Shown piece after piece: positions 18,130-29,007 of a DNA stretch of 64,000 nt. The notes beneath the pieces were generated by a model. That model was not told where the DNA came from and ran no database searches. It was given only the letters and a program-made list of their open reading frames with translations. A program made the position numbers and the translations under genes. The number at the start of each line of letters is the position of its first letter. Within the stretch, counting starts at the first letter, position 1. The DNA is taken from the NCBI GenBank assembly GCA_963724765.1, contig CAVRVY010000004.1, positions 64,001-128,000 of the forward strand, in the 5' to 3' direction. The stretch is from an uncultured delta proteobacterium. GTDB taxonomy: Bacteria; Desulfobacterota; Binatia; Binatales; Binataceae.

Positions 18130-20499
18130 ATGGCGTCGCCAGGCGTGATGCTTAGCCGCGAATTGCAGGTCACGCTGCAATTGGCGATGACCGAGGCGCA
18201 GAGCCGGCGCCACGAATATGTCTGCCTGGAGCACGTGCTCTACGCGATGCTCCATGACTTCACCACCAGCAACGTACTCAAACAGTGCGGCGCGAATATT
18301 GATTCGCTGCGCCGCAAACTGCAGGGCTACCTGGACGACTCGGTCGAACGCCTCGGCCGCGGCGCCGAGGCCACGCCGCGCTACGCCACGGGCGTGCAGC
18401 GCGCGTTGCAGCGCGCGGCACTGCACGCGCAGTCGGCCGGCCGCCAGGAAATAAACGGTCCGGCGGTGCTGATCGCGATGTTCCAGGAACCCGAGTCGTA
18501 CGCGCTCTACTTCCTGCAGGAGGAGGGCGTCACCCGCTTCGACGTGATCAACTTCGTTTCGCACGGTGTTTCCAAAGTTGGCGCCGACGACGACCGGACA
18601 ATACGCGGAGCCCACGAGGGCCACCAGGCCGATAGCGAGGACGAGCACGATCACGAAGAAGGCGAGGGCGACGACGACGAGGACGGTGCTCCGAAACTCT
18701 CCCCTGCGCGCGCGCTCAAGCGTTACGCGATAAACCTGGCCGAGCGCGCTGCCCAGGGAAAGATCGATCCGCTCATCGGGCGCAAGAATGAAATCGAGCG
18801 CGCGGTTCATATCCTGCTGCGCCGGCGCAAGAACAACCCGGTGTTCGTCGGCGAGGCCGGCGTGGGCAAGACCGCGCTCGCCGAGGGGCTGGCGCTCGCG
18901 ATCCATGACAGCCGTGTGCCCGAGGCGCTCAAGGGCGTGGAAATCTTCGCGCTCGACATGGGCGCTCTGCTCGCGGGGACCCGCTTTCGCGGCGATTTCG
19001 AGCAGCGGCTGAAGGCCGTGATCAAGGCCGCGTCGGGCAATCCGAAGATTGTGCTCTTCATCGACGAGATACACACCATCGTGGGCGCCGGCTCGGCGTC
19101 GGGCTCGACGATGGACGCCTCCAACCTGCTCAAGCCGGCGCTCGCCTCGGGCGAGTTGCGCTGCATCGGATCGACGACCTACCAGGAGTACAAGCGTTCG
19201 TTCGATCGCGACAAGGCATTGGGCCGCCGTTTCCAGCGTATCGACGTGCCCGAGCCGACCGTGGAAGAGGCGGTACAGATTCTCAACGGACTCAAGAGCT
19301 ACTACGAAAAGCATCACAACGTGCGCTACACCGCGCCGGCGATTCGCGCTGCGGTCGATCTTTCCTCGCGCTACATCAATGACCGCTACCTGCCCGATAA
19401 GGCGATCGACGTGATGGACGAGGCGGGTGTCGCGGCACGGCTGCGCGCGAGCGGCCCCGACGCGGTGACGGTGGGCGCGCGCGACGCCGAACGCACGGTG
19501 GCGCGGATGGCGCGGATTCCGGAGCGCACGGTGTCCTCCAGCGACCGGGCGCGCCTGCAAAACCTCGAGGACGAGCTGAAGCAGGCGGTTTTTGGACAAG
19601 ACCCGGCGATAGCGGCGGTGGCGCGGGCAATCAAGCTCGCGCGTTCGGGCCTCGCGCATCCCGACCGCCCGGTCGGCGCCTTTCTGTTCGCCGGTCCAAC
19701 CGGCGTGGGCAAAACGGAAGTCGCGCGCCAGCTCGCGAAGGTGATGGGCGTCGAGTTTCTGCGCTTCGACATGAGTGAGTACATGGAGCGCCACACCGTC
19801 TCGCGGCTCATCGGTGCGCCGCCGGGCTACGTCGGTTTTGACCAGGGCGGGCTCCTGACCGACGCGGTCAACAAGAACCCGCACTGCGTGCTGCTGCTCG
19901 ACGAGATCGAGAAGGCCCATCCGGACCTGTTCAGCATCCTGCTGCAGGTGATGGACCATGCGACGCTGACCGACAACAACGGCCGCAAGGCGGACTTCCG
20001 CAACGTGATTATCGTGATGACCACCAACGCCGGCGCGCAGGAGCTGGCGCGCACGATGATCGGATTCGGCACCGACGTCTCGACCGGCAATCCGCGCAGC
20101 GCCATCGACCGGATGTTCAGCCCCGAGTTCCGCAACCGCCTCTCCGCGATTATCGAATTCGCGGGACTTGGCCCCGAGGTAATCGCCCGCGTGGTCGACA
20201 AGTTCGTGGGCGAGCTGGCCGAGCGGCTGGCGGCGCAGAAGGTGAAGCTGGAGGTCTCGGAGGCGGCGAAAAAGTGGCTCGCGCAAAAGGGCTACGATCC
20301 GCGCTTCGGCGCGCGGCCGCTGGGGCGGCTTATCGAGTCCGAGGTTGCGCGCGCGCTCGCCGACCAGGTGTTGTTCGGCGCGCTCAGCAAGGGCGGCGTG
20401 GCGAAGGTCGACCTAGCCGACGACAAGCTGGTGTATAGCTTCGAGGCGAATGCGCCCAAGGCCACGACACCCGCTGCGCCGGCCGAGCCAGTCAGCTAA
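18130..20499 (+). CDS. clpA: ATP-dependent Clp protease ATP-binding subunit ClpA
   Basis: Two AAA+ modules ([16 protein letters not shown]), [26 protein letters not shown]; follows clpS. Confidence 0.97.
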   Translation: MASPGVMLSRELQVTLQLAMTEAQSRRHEYVCLEHVLYAMLHDFTTSNVLKQCGANIDSLRRKLQGYLDDSVERLGRGAEATPRYATGVQRALQRAALHAQSAGRQEINGPAVLIAMFQEPESYALYFLQEEGVTRFDVINFVSHGVSKVGADDDRTIRGAHEGHQADSEDEHDHEEGEGDDDEDGAPKLSPARALKRYAINLAERAAQGKIDPLIGRKNEIERAVHILLRRRKNNPVFVGEAGVGKTALAEGLALAIHDSRVPEALKGVEIFALDMGALLAGTRFRGDFEQRLKAVIKAASGNPKIVLFIDEIHTIVGAGSASGSTMDASNLLKPALASGELRCIGSTTYQEYKRSFDRDKALGRRFQRIDVPEPTVEEAVQILNGLKSYYEKHHNVRYTAPAIRAAVDLSSRYINDRYLPDKAIDVMDEAGVAARLRASGPDAVTVGARDAERTVARMARIPERTVSSSDRARLQNLEDELKQAVFGQDPAIAAVARAIKLARSGLAHPDRPVGAFLFAGPTGVGKTEVARQLAKVMGVEFLRFDMSEYMERHTVSRLIGAPPGYVGFDQGGLLTDAVNKNPHCVLLLDEIEKAHPDLFSILLQVMDHATLTDNNGRKADFRNVIIVMTTNAGAQELARTMIGFGTDVSTGNPRSAIDRMFSPEFRNRLSAIIEFAGLGPEVIARVVDKFVGELAERLAAQKVKLEVSEAAKKWLAQKGYDPRFGARPLGRLIESEVARALADQVLFGALSKGGVAKVDLADDKLVYSFEANAPKATTPAAPAEPVS

Positions 20500-20501
20500 G
20501 G

Positions 20502-22175
20502 CTAAACGCGCACGCTGCGCAGGTCAGCGGCCTTAGCGATCACCGTGTCATGCAGCCACTTGGCGTCGTCGCGCTCGGGATAGTCGATAGTGTAGTGCAG
20601 CCCGCGCGACTCCTTGCGCGCCGTCGCCGAGCGCACCACGAGTTCGGCGACCTCGACCAGGTTGCGCAACTCGATCAGGTCGGAGTCGATCAGATGATCC
20701 CAGTAGTAGCCGTAGACCTCCTGTTTGATTAGCTGAAGGCGGCGCGCCGCGCGCCCCAGGCGCCGGTCACTGCGCACGATCCCGACGTAGTTCCACATCA
20801 GGCGGCGAATCTCGTCCCAGCTCTGAGTTATCAGCACGCGCTCCTCGCTGCGCATCGCGCGCCCGGGATCCCATCCGCGAAAGTCCGGCGAACGCCGACC
20901 TCCGGCGGCGGCATCTTCGCGCGCCGCAACCGCCGCGCGCCGGCCCATCACGGCCGCTTCGAGCAGCGAGTTCGACGCGAGCCGATTCGCGCCGTGCAGC
21001 CCGGTCATCGCGGTTTCACCGGCCGCGTATAGCTGCGCGATCGCAGTGCGCGAGCTGAGGTCGGTCACCAGCCCTCCGCACATGTAGTGCGCAGCCGGCA
21101 CTACCGGAATCGGCGCGCGAGTCAGGTCAAAACCAAAGCTCAAGCATCGGTTGAAGATATTTGGAAAGCGGCTGCGGACGAAATCGGCCGGTCGATGGCT
21201 GATGTCGAGCAGCACGAAGTCCAGCCCGTGGCGTTTCATCTCGGAATCGATCGCGCGGGCAACCACGTCGCGCGGTGCGAGTTCGCCGTCGGGATGGTAG
21301 CCCTTCATGAAGGGCGTACCGTCGGGCAGCCGCAGGATCGCGCCCTCGCCGCGCAATGCTTCGGAGATGAGAAACGACTTGGCGGCCGGATGGTAGAGGC
21401 AGGTCGGATGGAACTGGATGAATTCCATGTTGGCGACCGGCGCGCCCGCCCGATACCCCATCGCGACACCGTCGCCCGAGGCGATGTCGGGATTGGTGGT
21501 GTAGAGATAGACCTTGCCCGCGCCGCCCGTGGCGAGCAGCGTGGCGCGCGCGACGAATTTGTCGACCGCGCCGCTCGCGCGGTCGAGCACGTACGCGCCC
21601 CAGCATCGCGCGCCGCCGTCGCGCTCCGCGCCTGGCTCGATCAATAGATTGACCGCGATTTTGTTCTCGAGCACGCGAATGTTGCGCCGCGCGGCGGCGG
21701 CCTCGCCCAGCGCGCGCATGATTTCGCGTCCAGTCAGGTCCTGCGCATGGAGCACGCGACGATGGCTGTGGCCGCCCTCGCGGCCGAGATCGTATTCGTC
21801 CTCGCCGCCTTCCTCGAGCCGGGTGAAGCGCGTGCCGAGCGCGATAAGCTCGCGCACCGCCTCGGGGCCGTCGCGCACGATCGTTTCAACCGCGCGCCGG
21901 TTGCACAGGCCGGCGCCGGCCCGCAGCGTGTCGTCGACGTGCGACTCGAACGAGTCGTCAACGCTCCACACGCTGGCGATTCCGCCCTGCGCGTAGGCGG
22001 TGTTGGCCTCGTTGCTCGCGGCCTTGGTCAGCACCGTGACGGTGCCGGTCTCAGCCGCTTTGATCGCGAAGACCAGTCCCGCGATACCGCCGCCGATAAC
22101 CAGGTAGTCGCTCTCGAAGGTGCCGCTGCTGGGCCGAGTTATAACATCAGTCATCTCAGCAATCTCATCAGTCAT
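20502..22175 (-). CDS. nadB: L-aspartate oxidase
   Basis: AQGGIA, REGGHSHRRVLHA, QFHPT, LISEALRGEG, HY.CGG, LHGANRLASNSLLE. Confidence 0.95.
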   Translation of the reverse strand: MTDEIAEMTDVITRPSSGTFESDYLVIGGGIAGLVFAIKAAETGTVTVLTKAASNEANTAYAQGGIASVWSVDDSFESHVDDTLRAGAGLCNRRAVETIVRDGPEAVRELIALGTRFTRLEEGGEDEYDLGREGGHSHRRVLHAQDLTGREIMRALGEAAAARRNIRVLENKIAVNLLIEPGAERDGGARCWGAYVLDRASGAVDKFVARATLLATGGAGKVYLYTTNPDIASGDGVAMGYRAGAPVANMEFIQFHPTCLYHPAAKSFLISEALRGEGAILRLPDGTPFMKGYHPDGELAPRDVVARAIDSEMKRHGLDFVLLDISHRPADFVRSRFPNIFNRCLSFGFDLTRAPIPVVPAAHYMCGGLVTDLSSRTAIAQLYAAGETAMTGLHGANRLASNSLLEAAVMGRRAAVAAREDAAAGGRRSPDFRGWDPGRAMRSEERVLITQSWDEIRRLMWNYVGIVRSDRRLGRAARRLQLIKQEVYGYYWDHLIDSDLIELRNLVEVAELVVRSATARKESRGLHYTIDYPERDDAKWLHDTVIAKAADLRSVRV

Positions 22176-22471
22176 GGCGTGAGACCGGCGACAGCGGAGT
22201 CATCGAGTCCGAGCGCGATTCGCGAAGCGGGGAGCGCGATGGACTCCGTGAAATGACTGTCGCAGTGGAGCAAACCGACCATGTCTGACCGTACGCGAGG
22301 CAAACGCGGCCCGTCAAGTTTGGAGCGTGATGCGGGCTTGGTGGCGCATCAAACCGGACTCGATTGCCTCTCTTATTGGATTGCCATACCCTTGTGACAG
22401 AAGGCCTGTCGTTGTATCGAGGCGCCGAGGGCACAATAGAGGAAGTGGGGTAGGGGCCGCTCGCCCGCATC

Positions 22472-23056
22472 ATGGAGCTTACCGCACCCAATCTGCTGAC
22501 CCTGATGCGCATCGCGCTGGTGCCGGTGCTGGTGTGGCTGCTGATGTATACCGGGCCGGGGCCGTCGGCGGTGGCGGCCGGGGTCTTTTTCGTCGCCACC
22601 CTGAGCGACTTCTTCGACGGCTATATCGCGCGCAGTTACGGCTCGGGCACCACGCTGGGCAAGTTCCTCGATCCGCTGGCGGACAAGCTGGTGGTGGCCT
22701 CCGCGTTGATCATGCTGGCCGCGATGCAGCGTTTCCCGCGGGTGCCGGCCTGGATAGTGGTGGTGCTGGTGACACGCGAATTCGCGGTCACGGGGTTGCG
22801 CGCGATGGCGGCGGCGGACGGCCAGGTGATGGCCGCCGAGGAACTGGGCAAGTACAAGATGGTGCTCCAGTCGATCGCGATCCAGGGGCTGTTGATCAAC
22901 TACGTTTATTTCCACGTGGATTTTTTCGCAGCCGGGATGTTCGTGTTATGGATCGCGATGGCGGTGACCGTGTGGTCCGGGTTGGATTACTATTTGAGGG
23001 CGCGGACGGTGCTTGGCGCGCGGATGGATGCACCGACGCGGCGAGCGGCGGTTTGA
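22472..23056 (+). CDS. pgsA: CDP-diacylglycerol--glycerol-3-phosphate 3-phosphatidyltransferase
   Basis: PNLLTLMR, DFFDGYIAR, GKFLDPLADK; followed by tRNA-Gly. Confidence 0.95.
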   Translation: MELTAPNLLTLMRIALVPVLVWLLMYTGPGPSAVAAGVFFVATLSDFFDGYIARSYGSGTTLGKFLDPLADKLVVASALIMLAAMQRFPRVPAWIVVVLVTREFAVTGLRAMAAADGQVMAAEELGKYKMVLQSIAIQGLLINYVYFHVDFFAAGMFVLWIAMAVTVWSGLDYYLRARTVLGARMDAPTRRAAV

Positions 23057-23080
23057 CAAGCCGCCCGCGGGCGGATAAAT
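23053..23080 (+). promoter_or_regulatory. Possible sigma70 promoter for tRNA-Gly
   Basis: TTGACA, 16-17 nt spacer, then (A)TAAAT. Confidence 0.4.
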
Positions 23081-23114
23081 CGATCTATCCGGCCGCGCGA
23101 CGAAAAGCCTGGGG

Positions 23115-23190
23115 GCGGGTGTAGCTCAGTTGGTAGAGCGTGTGCTTGCCAAGCACAAGGTCGTCGGTTCGAAACCGATCACCCGCTCCA
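23115..23190 (+). tRNA. tRNA-Gly(GCC)
   Basis: GCGGGTGTAGCTCAGTTGGTAGAGC..TTGCCAA..GGTTCGAAACC..CACCCGCTCCA. Confidence 0.97.
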
Positions 23191-23718
23191 GTTTAAACCT
23201 TTCGCAAATCTACGCAGTCAGCGGCCAGTTGCGAAAATCGCAACATTCGCCTCGTCGCGCATAACCCATCCGTCACCCAAATTCGGCGGCGCAGAGGAGT
23301 ATAGCGGCGAGTCGCCGTGGACTGCCGAACGACGAACGAATACACGGACGCCCGAATCGGCGTCGGCGGATGCGCTCGCGGAAACTCACAAGGCTAGGCT
23401 CACGCCGACGCCTTGAGTGATCCCGCGCGACCTTCTCAACAGCCACGGAAGGTCGAGCGGGAAACTGTATTTATAGAGGGCGAAGGGGGCTAGGGAGTAT
23501 TGCGTCCGCGGCGTGCCACCTACGTGGCGCGTGCGGCGCACGACGTACCGACCAAACCTTTTCAATTCTTTTTACGGTTGAGTTAGGTCCAGAAGCTTTT
23601 GGAGTATCGGCTCTAAATTTGCGCGAACGAGAAGCGTTTTCCCATGCCATTCCACATCTTCGAAGGAATATTCCCCTATGCGCCAAGATGAGTAGTTAGT
23701 GGACCAAGCCAGATCGCT

Positions 23719-24111
23719 TCAATTCGCGTCTTTTTCCTGCCTTTCGATTTCGTATTGTTCGGACCATACGAGGAGCGTCCCCCCGTTATCTTTCAACCTG
23801 TGGACACTTATATATCCGCGGCGATCAGGCACGTCGTAGCCTGACGGTAGAAACTCAACGGCGAGTCCCTCAGGCTCGGAGAGTTCTAACTTCCCGATTT
23901 CGTAGTCCGCGCCGGTTTTTGCGCTGTTCCGGCGAATTGTCGAGCGACGTACCTCCAAAAGCCCGCCTGCGATGAGGTCAGAAAACTCTTTTTGGATCGT
24001 GTTCAGGAGTACATCCACCGCAGCAATCCACTTAGCCAGAAAGATAGACTCCTCGCGTCGGGCGGTCTCGCGTGCTTTCCTACGCGTCAAAATGTCATCT
24101 CTGAGGTTCAT
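23719..24111 (-). CDS. Hypothetical protein
   Basis: 130-aa ORF with natural composition in the lower-GC region after tRNA-Gly. Confidence 0.55.
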   Translation of the reverse strand: MNLRDDILTRRKARETARREESIFLAKWIAAVDVLLNTIQKEFSDLIAGGLLEVRRSTIRRNSAKTGADYEIGKLELSEPEGLAVEFLPSGYDVPDRRGYISVHRLKDNGGTLLVWSEQYEIERQEKDAN

Positions 24112-24334
24112 CCCTTGTTCTCGGGAGCACGATCTTTCGGCGCGCCATGATCGAAACACACCGGCACGTTTTGGTTCTGAAACCCGCGTGCTAAGTTTTC
24201 GCAGCCCTGAGCGGAACAAAGTGCGACCAGAAGTGGAGGGGTATCAAAGTACTCGATGAGTCTCACTCTGTCCGCGATAGCTTGTGCACCTACGCGTATT
24301 GCCATACAGTCTGCTCCTTCAAACGAACGTCCCA

Positions 24335-24601
24335 TCACGCGCGCCGCGCGCCTGAAGCTCTAGCGCGACCGCCCGCGGCGTACCGTTCGTACTCTGCTAA
24401 ATACGCAGCTTCCTTCTCCGAGTTGGGCATAAACGTCCCGTCGAAATATCGCCACGCGCTCTTTGCCCGAGCGATACCGCCCGCGCGGCCGCGAGGCAGA
24501 GATGGAAAAGGCGTACGCGTTGCTTCAGTGATCGCTCGATCGCCGCAGCGATGGCAGATGCCGCCTGAGCGGCAGCGGCGGTGCCTATCTGGTCGATTCA
24601 C
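24335..24601 (-). CDS. Hypothetical protein
   Basis: Overlaps the stop of the FecR-domain gene; RAGGIARA..AWRY.DGTFM..E.EAAY segment. Confidence 0.4.
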   Translation of the reverse strand: MNRPDRHRRCRSGGICHRCGDRAITEATRTPFPSLPRGRAGGIARAKSAWRYFDGTFMPNSEKEAAYLAEYERYAAGGRARASGARRA

Positions 24602-25056
24602 GGCATCGCGGGCGGCGCCTGACCTTCGTGATACGAAACATCAAACATGGTGCCGCGGGCGGAAGCGACGGCGTTGGGAGTGTGAACCTCGAAGTTGGGC
24701 GAGCTTCCTGGGCCAAAGTGAACGAGGCTGCGGACCAGTCCGCTTAGCAAAGTGATCTTGGTACTCGCCCGTGATCCGTCCGGATTGAGAACATATTCGG
24801 TTAGTACAAGAGTGCTCGACTCGTTCAATTCCAATTGGCTGCCGTCGCTGAGACTGATCGTCATGCGGCTGTTGGGCCCGGTCGTAAGCTTATCACCGAC
24901 CAGAAGACCGGTGCCGGAGGCGGCCTGAATCGATTTGCCAGCACGCTCGATCGTGACCGTGCCGGTGACCACGCTGACCGAACCAGCGGAGGTCTGCGCC
25001 CACGCGTGAGGCGCAAGTATCAGCAGGGCTATTACAATGAAGGTCGCTAATCTCAT
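24598..25056 (-). CDS. Secreted FecR-domain protein (short)
   Basis: Signal peptide; GD...TG..S...I.LSDGS...L...S; FEVHTPNAVASARGT.F. Confidence 0.85.
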   Translation of the reverse strand: MRLATFIVIALLILAPHAWAQTSAGSVSVVTGTVTIERAGKSIQAASGTGLLVGDKLTTGPNSRMTISLSDGSQLELNESSTLVLTEYVLNPDGSRASTKITLLSGLVRSLVHFGPGSSPNFEVHTPNAVASARGTMFDVSYHEGQAPPAMP

Positions 25057-25599
25057 TTTTTCACCCCGTTTCTTCGCTCTCCTTACTTGAGCGTACAGCC
25101 TACTCTTAGCGATATAAGGTGTCTACAGATAAAAATAGGGCAATCTCAGCGCACCGTGGGGTTCCTTTTCCAGTGCAATCTTTCACGCCGAGCGCTTAAC
25201 CGCCGATGTGGATTTGCTGACCCAGGAGTTTCCGCAGACTACCCTCAGGGTAATTGTAGACGGCGGTCACATCCGCAAGGTGGAGATCCGAGGCAGATTT
25301 CATGCTCTCTCCCGCTGGTCAGGTGCTCGCACATCTGTCCTCAAGACCTACAGAGCGCTTCTTCTCGCTCGCCCCGCCGCCAGGTCACAACCGCATGAAT
25401 TCGGCGCCGTTGCGAGAGTTCCGACGCATGTGCAGCATCGCGCAACCGTATTCCGTTATTCTTCGCTGACCGCATCGGATCGCAGAAACCTACTTTGCGC
25501 TCGCCCAAGCCCTGCAAATTGCCTACTATTGCTTACGATCTGCCTTGGGGGGATCTCGAGGGCTAATACTCTCGTCAAAAAAACGACAGGAGGAAACTT

Positions 25600-25884
25600 G
25601 TGAAGCGAACTATCGGTATTTTGATGGGGACATTGATGGTCGGCGCCACGCTTGCGCTGCCTGTAGTTTCATTTGCACAGACGTCCACGGAACTCCAACG
25701 GCAGCGGCGGAACAACTTTCCGGTTATGCATGGAGCAATCCAGCAATTGGAGCAAGCGAAGGCAGCACTTGTACACGATGCGGCCGGCGATTTCGCGGGT
25801 CACAAGCAAAATGCGATCAATCACATCGACGCTGCCATCCAGGAGCTGAAGCTCGGTATCCAGGCGGATCGCGCGCACCACTGA
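25600..25884 (+). CDS. Small secreted helical His-containing protein
   Basis: AGGAGG RBS, signal peptide ending SFA-Q, MH.AI..LE.AK..L...AGDF.GHK..AI..ID.AI.EL. Confidence 0.8.
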   Translation: MKRTIGILMGTLMVGATLALPVVSFAQTSTELQRQRRNNFPVMHGAIQQLEQAKAALVHDAAGDFAGHKQNAINHIDAAIQELKLGIQADRAHH

Positions 25885-26231
25885 GCCGCAGTTCCGATTC
25901 GCCGAGCCGTTGTCTTCGGCCGCTGGCGCGAAAACCTGACATCTCATAAGCGGGCGGCGCCAGCCGGGATTTTCCGGCTGGCGCCGCACGACCTCCCGTC
26001 CTTCCGCATCTTTCCACCACCGAGGCGAGTTCCGCTGCCGCCCTGGCGGCGTGCCGATGGCGCGGATCGAGCCCGCTGCCGCCCGCCACGATTTCGCGTA
26101 ATATAAAGTCGACAGGTTCGGAGAACCACACAGCCGCGACTGTTTCGTCGGGTAAAACGGCCACGTCCGGAGTCACCGCCGCGGACTACGGATCCCGGCC
26201 GCCGGATCAGTCATTCGAGTGAGGCGCAAAA

Positions 26232-26696
26232 ATGATCCGCTTGAAAGTCAATGGTGTCGAGCGTTCGTTCGACGACGACCCCACGATGCCGCTGCTTTGG
26301 TACCTGCGCGACGAACTGGCGTTAACGGGCACCAAGTTCGGTTGCGGGATGTCGTTGTGCGGAGCCTGCACGGTGCATCTCAATGGAAAGGCGGTTCGCT
26401 CCTGCGTGACACCGATGCGTCAGCTCGAAAATGCCGAGGTCATCACCATCGAGGGAATCTCCGCGAAAGGACCGCATCCCGTCCAGCGGGCTTGGATGCG
26501 GCTCAATGTTCCGCAATGCGGCTACTGTCAGTCGGGGCAGATCATGTCGGCGGTGGCGCTGCTCAACTCCAATCGCAGTCCCAGCGATGAACAGATCGAC
26601 GAGGCGATGTCGGGCAACATCTGCCGCTGCGGGACCTATCAGCGAATTCGCGCGGCGATAAAAGCCGCCGCGGAGGCCTCGCGTGAGCACGATTGA
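26232..26696 (+). CDS. (2Fe-2S)-binding small subunit, isoquinoline 1-oxidoreductase alpha / CoxS family
   Basis: GTKFGCG...[23 protein letters not shown]. Confidence 0.95.
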   Translation: MIRLKVNGVERSFDDDPTMPLLWYLRDELALTGTKFGCGMSLCGACTVHLNGKAVRSCVTPMRQLENAEVITIEGISAKGPHPVQRAWMRLNVPQCGYCQSGQIMSAVALLNSNRSPSDEQIDEAMSGNICRCGTYQRIRAAIKAAAEASREHD

Positions 26697-28980
26697 CCAT
26701 CGCGTGAATATGATCGAGCGCACGATCGAGAACGTCAGCCGGCGCGGCTTCCTTAAAGGCGTGCTCTCAACCGGCGCGCTCATCCTGAGCGTGCATCTTC
26801 TTCCACGTGGCGCGAGCGCGGCGGCGCCCATCTCCATCGGCATGACGCACGCCGACCGCGCCACGCTGCATCCCAGTGCATTCGTCGGCGTGGATTCCGA
26901 CGGCACGGTTTATATTGTGGCTCATCGCTCCGAGATGGGCACGGGCATCCGTACCTCGCTGCCTCTGGTGGTCGCCGATGAGTTGGACGCCGATTGGAAG
27001 CTGGTGAAGGTGGAACAGGCGATCGGCGACTGGCGCTACGGCGGACAGGACACTGACGGTTCGCACTCGATCCGCGATTTCTTCGACGTGATGCGCCAGG
27101 CGGGTGGGGCCGCGCGTATGATGCTGATCGAGGCAGCCGCCGCGCGATGGAAGGTGCGTCCGGGCGAATGCGAAACTGGCCTTCATGAGGTGATACATCG
27201 TCCGACCGGCCGCAAGCTCGGCTATGGAGCGCTGGCCACGGCCGCGTCGAAGCTTCCCGTGCCGCGCAAGGAAGCGCTCAGGCTTAAGAGCAAGAGTCAA
27301 TGGCGTTACATCGGCAAGGGACATCCGAGCTACGATCTGACCGCGATTTGTGCGGGGCAAGCCATTTACGGAATGGACGCCCGCGTGGACGGAATGGTCT
27401 ACGCGGCGGTGATGCATCCGCCGGTGTTAGGCGGCAAAGTCAAATCCTATGACGACAAGGAGACGCTGAAGGTAAAAGGTGTGCGCCAGGTCGTCGCGAT
27501 CGAGCCGTTCAAGCCGCCAGCCGCGTTTCAGCCGCTGGGCGGCGTCGCTGTGATCGCCGACAACACTTGGGCGGCGTTCCAGGGCCGCAAGAAGCTCGCC
27601 GTGGTGTGGGACAATGGTCCCAACGTGGTTTACAACTCGGCTCAGTACAAGGAGGAACTGTTCGAGACGGTGCGCGCGCCGGGCAAGGTCGCGCGCAATG
27701 CGGGTGACGTCGACGCCGAGTTCAAAAAAGGCGGCCGGGTGATCGAGGCCGAGTACTACATACCGCATTTGGCGCATGCTCCGATGGAGCCGCCGGTGGC
27801 GCTGGCGGAATATCGCGACGGCAAGGTGACGGCATGGACCTGCACGCAAAATCCGCAGGCCGTGCAGGACACCGTGGCCGAGCAGTTGAAGATTCCGCGC
27901 GACAACGTGATTTGCCACGTCACCCTGCTCGGCGGAGGATTCGGGCGCAAGTCGAAGCCCGACTACGTGGCGGAAGCCGCGGTACTGTCGAAGAAAGTCG
28001 GCCACCCGGTGAAAGTGGTATGGAGCCGCGAAGACGATATCAAGTTCGGCTACTACCACACGGTGTCCGCCATGTATATGAAGGCCGTGCTCGACGCCCG
28101 CGGCAAGCCTGCCGCATGGCTGCAACGCTCGGTGTTTCCGCCCATCGCGTCCACGTTCAAAGTGGGTGAGCGCTATGGCGACGCCGGCGATCTCAGCCTC
28201 GGATGGACCGACATCCCGTACGACATTTCCAACCTGCGCGTCGAAAACGGCCCGGCGGAGGCCTACGTGCGGATCGGATGGTTGAGGTCGGTCGGGAATA
28301 TCTATCACGCCTTCGCCATCCAGTCGTTCTCCGACGAGCTGGCGCACGCGGCCGGCCGAGACCCCGTTGACTATTTGCTGGAGTTGATTGGACCGCCGCG
28401 AATTGTCGATCTGAAAGGTACTGACTATCCGAACTACAACGCATCGTATACTGCCTATCCGATCGATACCGGCCGTTTACGCCGCGTGGTCCAGATAGCC
28501 GCCGAGAAAGCGGGCTGGAGTAAACGCAAGACCGGCAACGGGACCGGGATGGGTATCGCCGTGCATCGGAGCTTTCTCACTTACGTGGCGACGGTGGTCG
28601 AAGTCGAGGTCGACGGCCACGGCAAACTCAAAATCCCGCGCGTGCATACGGCGGTCGATGCGGGACTGATCACCAATCCGGAATTCGCCCGCGCCCAGTT
28701 CGAAGGTGCAGCCGTGTTCGGCGCGAGCCTCGCGCGCAGCGGCGAAATCACGGCGACCAATGGCGCAATCGATCAATCCAATTTCTATGATTACCCCGTT
28801 GCCCGCATGCCGGAGGCGCCGCAGCATACCGACGTCTACCTGGTCGAGAGCGACGCCCCGCCGGCGGGTATCGGCGAGCCCGGTGTTCCGCCGTTCGCGC
28901 CGGCGCTGTGCAATGCGCTATTCGCGGCGACCGGCAAACGGGTGCGCGAGCTTCCGCTCAGCAAGCATCAGATCACCTGA
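26683..28980 (+). CDS. Xanthine dehydrogenase-family molybdopterin-binding subunit (isoquinoline 1-oxidoreductase beta-like), Tat-exported
   Basis: SRRGFLK Tat motif, [30 protein letters not shown]. Confidence 0.93.
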   Translation: MSTIDHRVNMIERTIENVSRRGFLKGVLSTGALILSVHLLPRGASAAAPISIGMTHADRATLHPSAFVGVDSDGTVYIVAHRSEMGTGIRTSLPLVVADELDADWKLVKVEQAIGDWRYGGQDTDGSHSIRDFFDVMRQAGGAARMMLIEAAAARWKVRPGECETGLHEVIHRPTGRKLGYGALATAASKLPVPRKEALRLKSKSQWRYIGKGHPSYDLTAICAGQAIYGMDARVDGMVYAAVMHPPVLGGKVKSYDDKETLKVKGVRQVVAIEPFKPPAAFQPLGGVAVIADNTWAAFQGRKKLAVVWDNGPNVVYNSAQYKEELFETVRAPGKVARNAGDVDAEFKKGGRVIEAEYYIPHLAHAPMEPPVALAEYRDGKVTAWTCTQNPQAVQDTVAEQLKIPRDNVICHVTLLGGGFGRKSKPDYVAEAAVLSKKVGHPVKVVWSREDDIKFGYYHTVSAMYMKAVLDARGKPAAWLQRSVFPPIASTFKVGERYGDAGDLSLGWTDIPYDISNLRVENGPAEAYVRIGWLRSVGNIYHAFAIQSFSDELAHAAGRDPVDYLLELIGPPRIVDLKGTDYPNYNASYTAYPIDTGRLRRVVQIAAEKAGWSKRKTGNGTGMGIAVHRSFLTYVATVVEVEVDGHGKLKIPRVHTAVDAGLITNPEFARAQFEGAAVFGASLARSGEITATNGAIDQSNFYDYPVARMPEAPQHTDVYLVESDAPPAGIGEPGVPPFAPALCNALFAATGKRVRELPLSKHQIT

Positions 28981-29007
28981 CGGGCGCGCGCTTGCTGCGC
29001 CGTATGA

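Noticed and set aside
26100-26231. Hairpins upstream of the molybdoenzyme genes as a Moco riboswitch
   Set aside because: No recognisable Moco/Wco consensus; ordinary GC-rich stems
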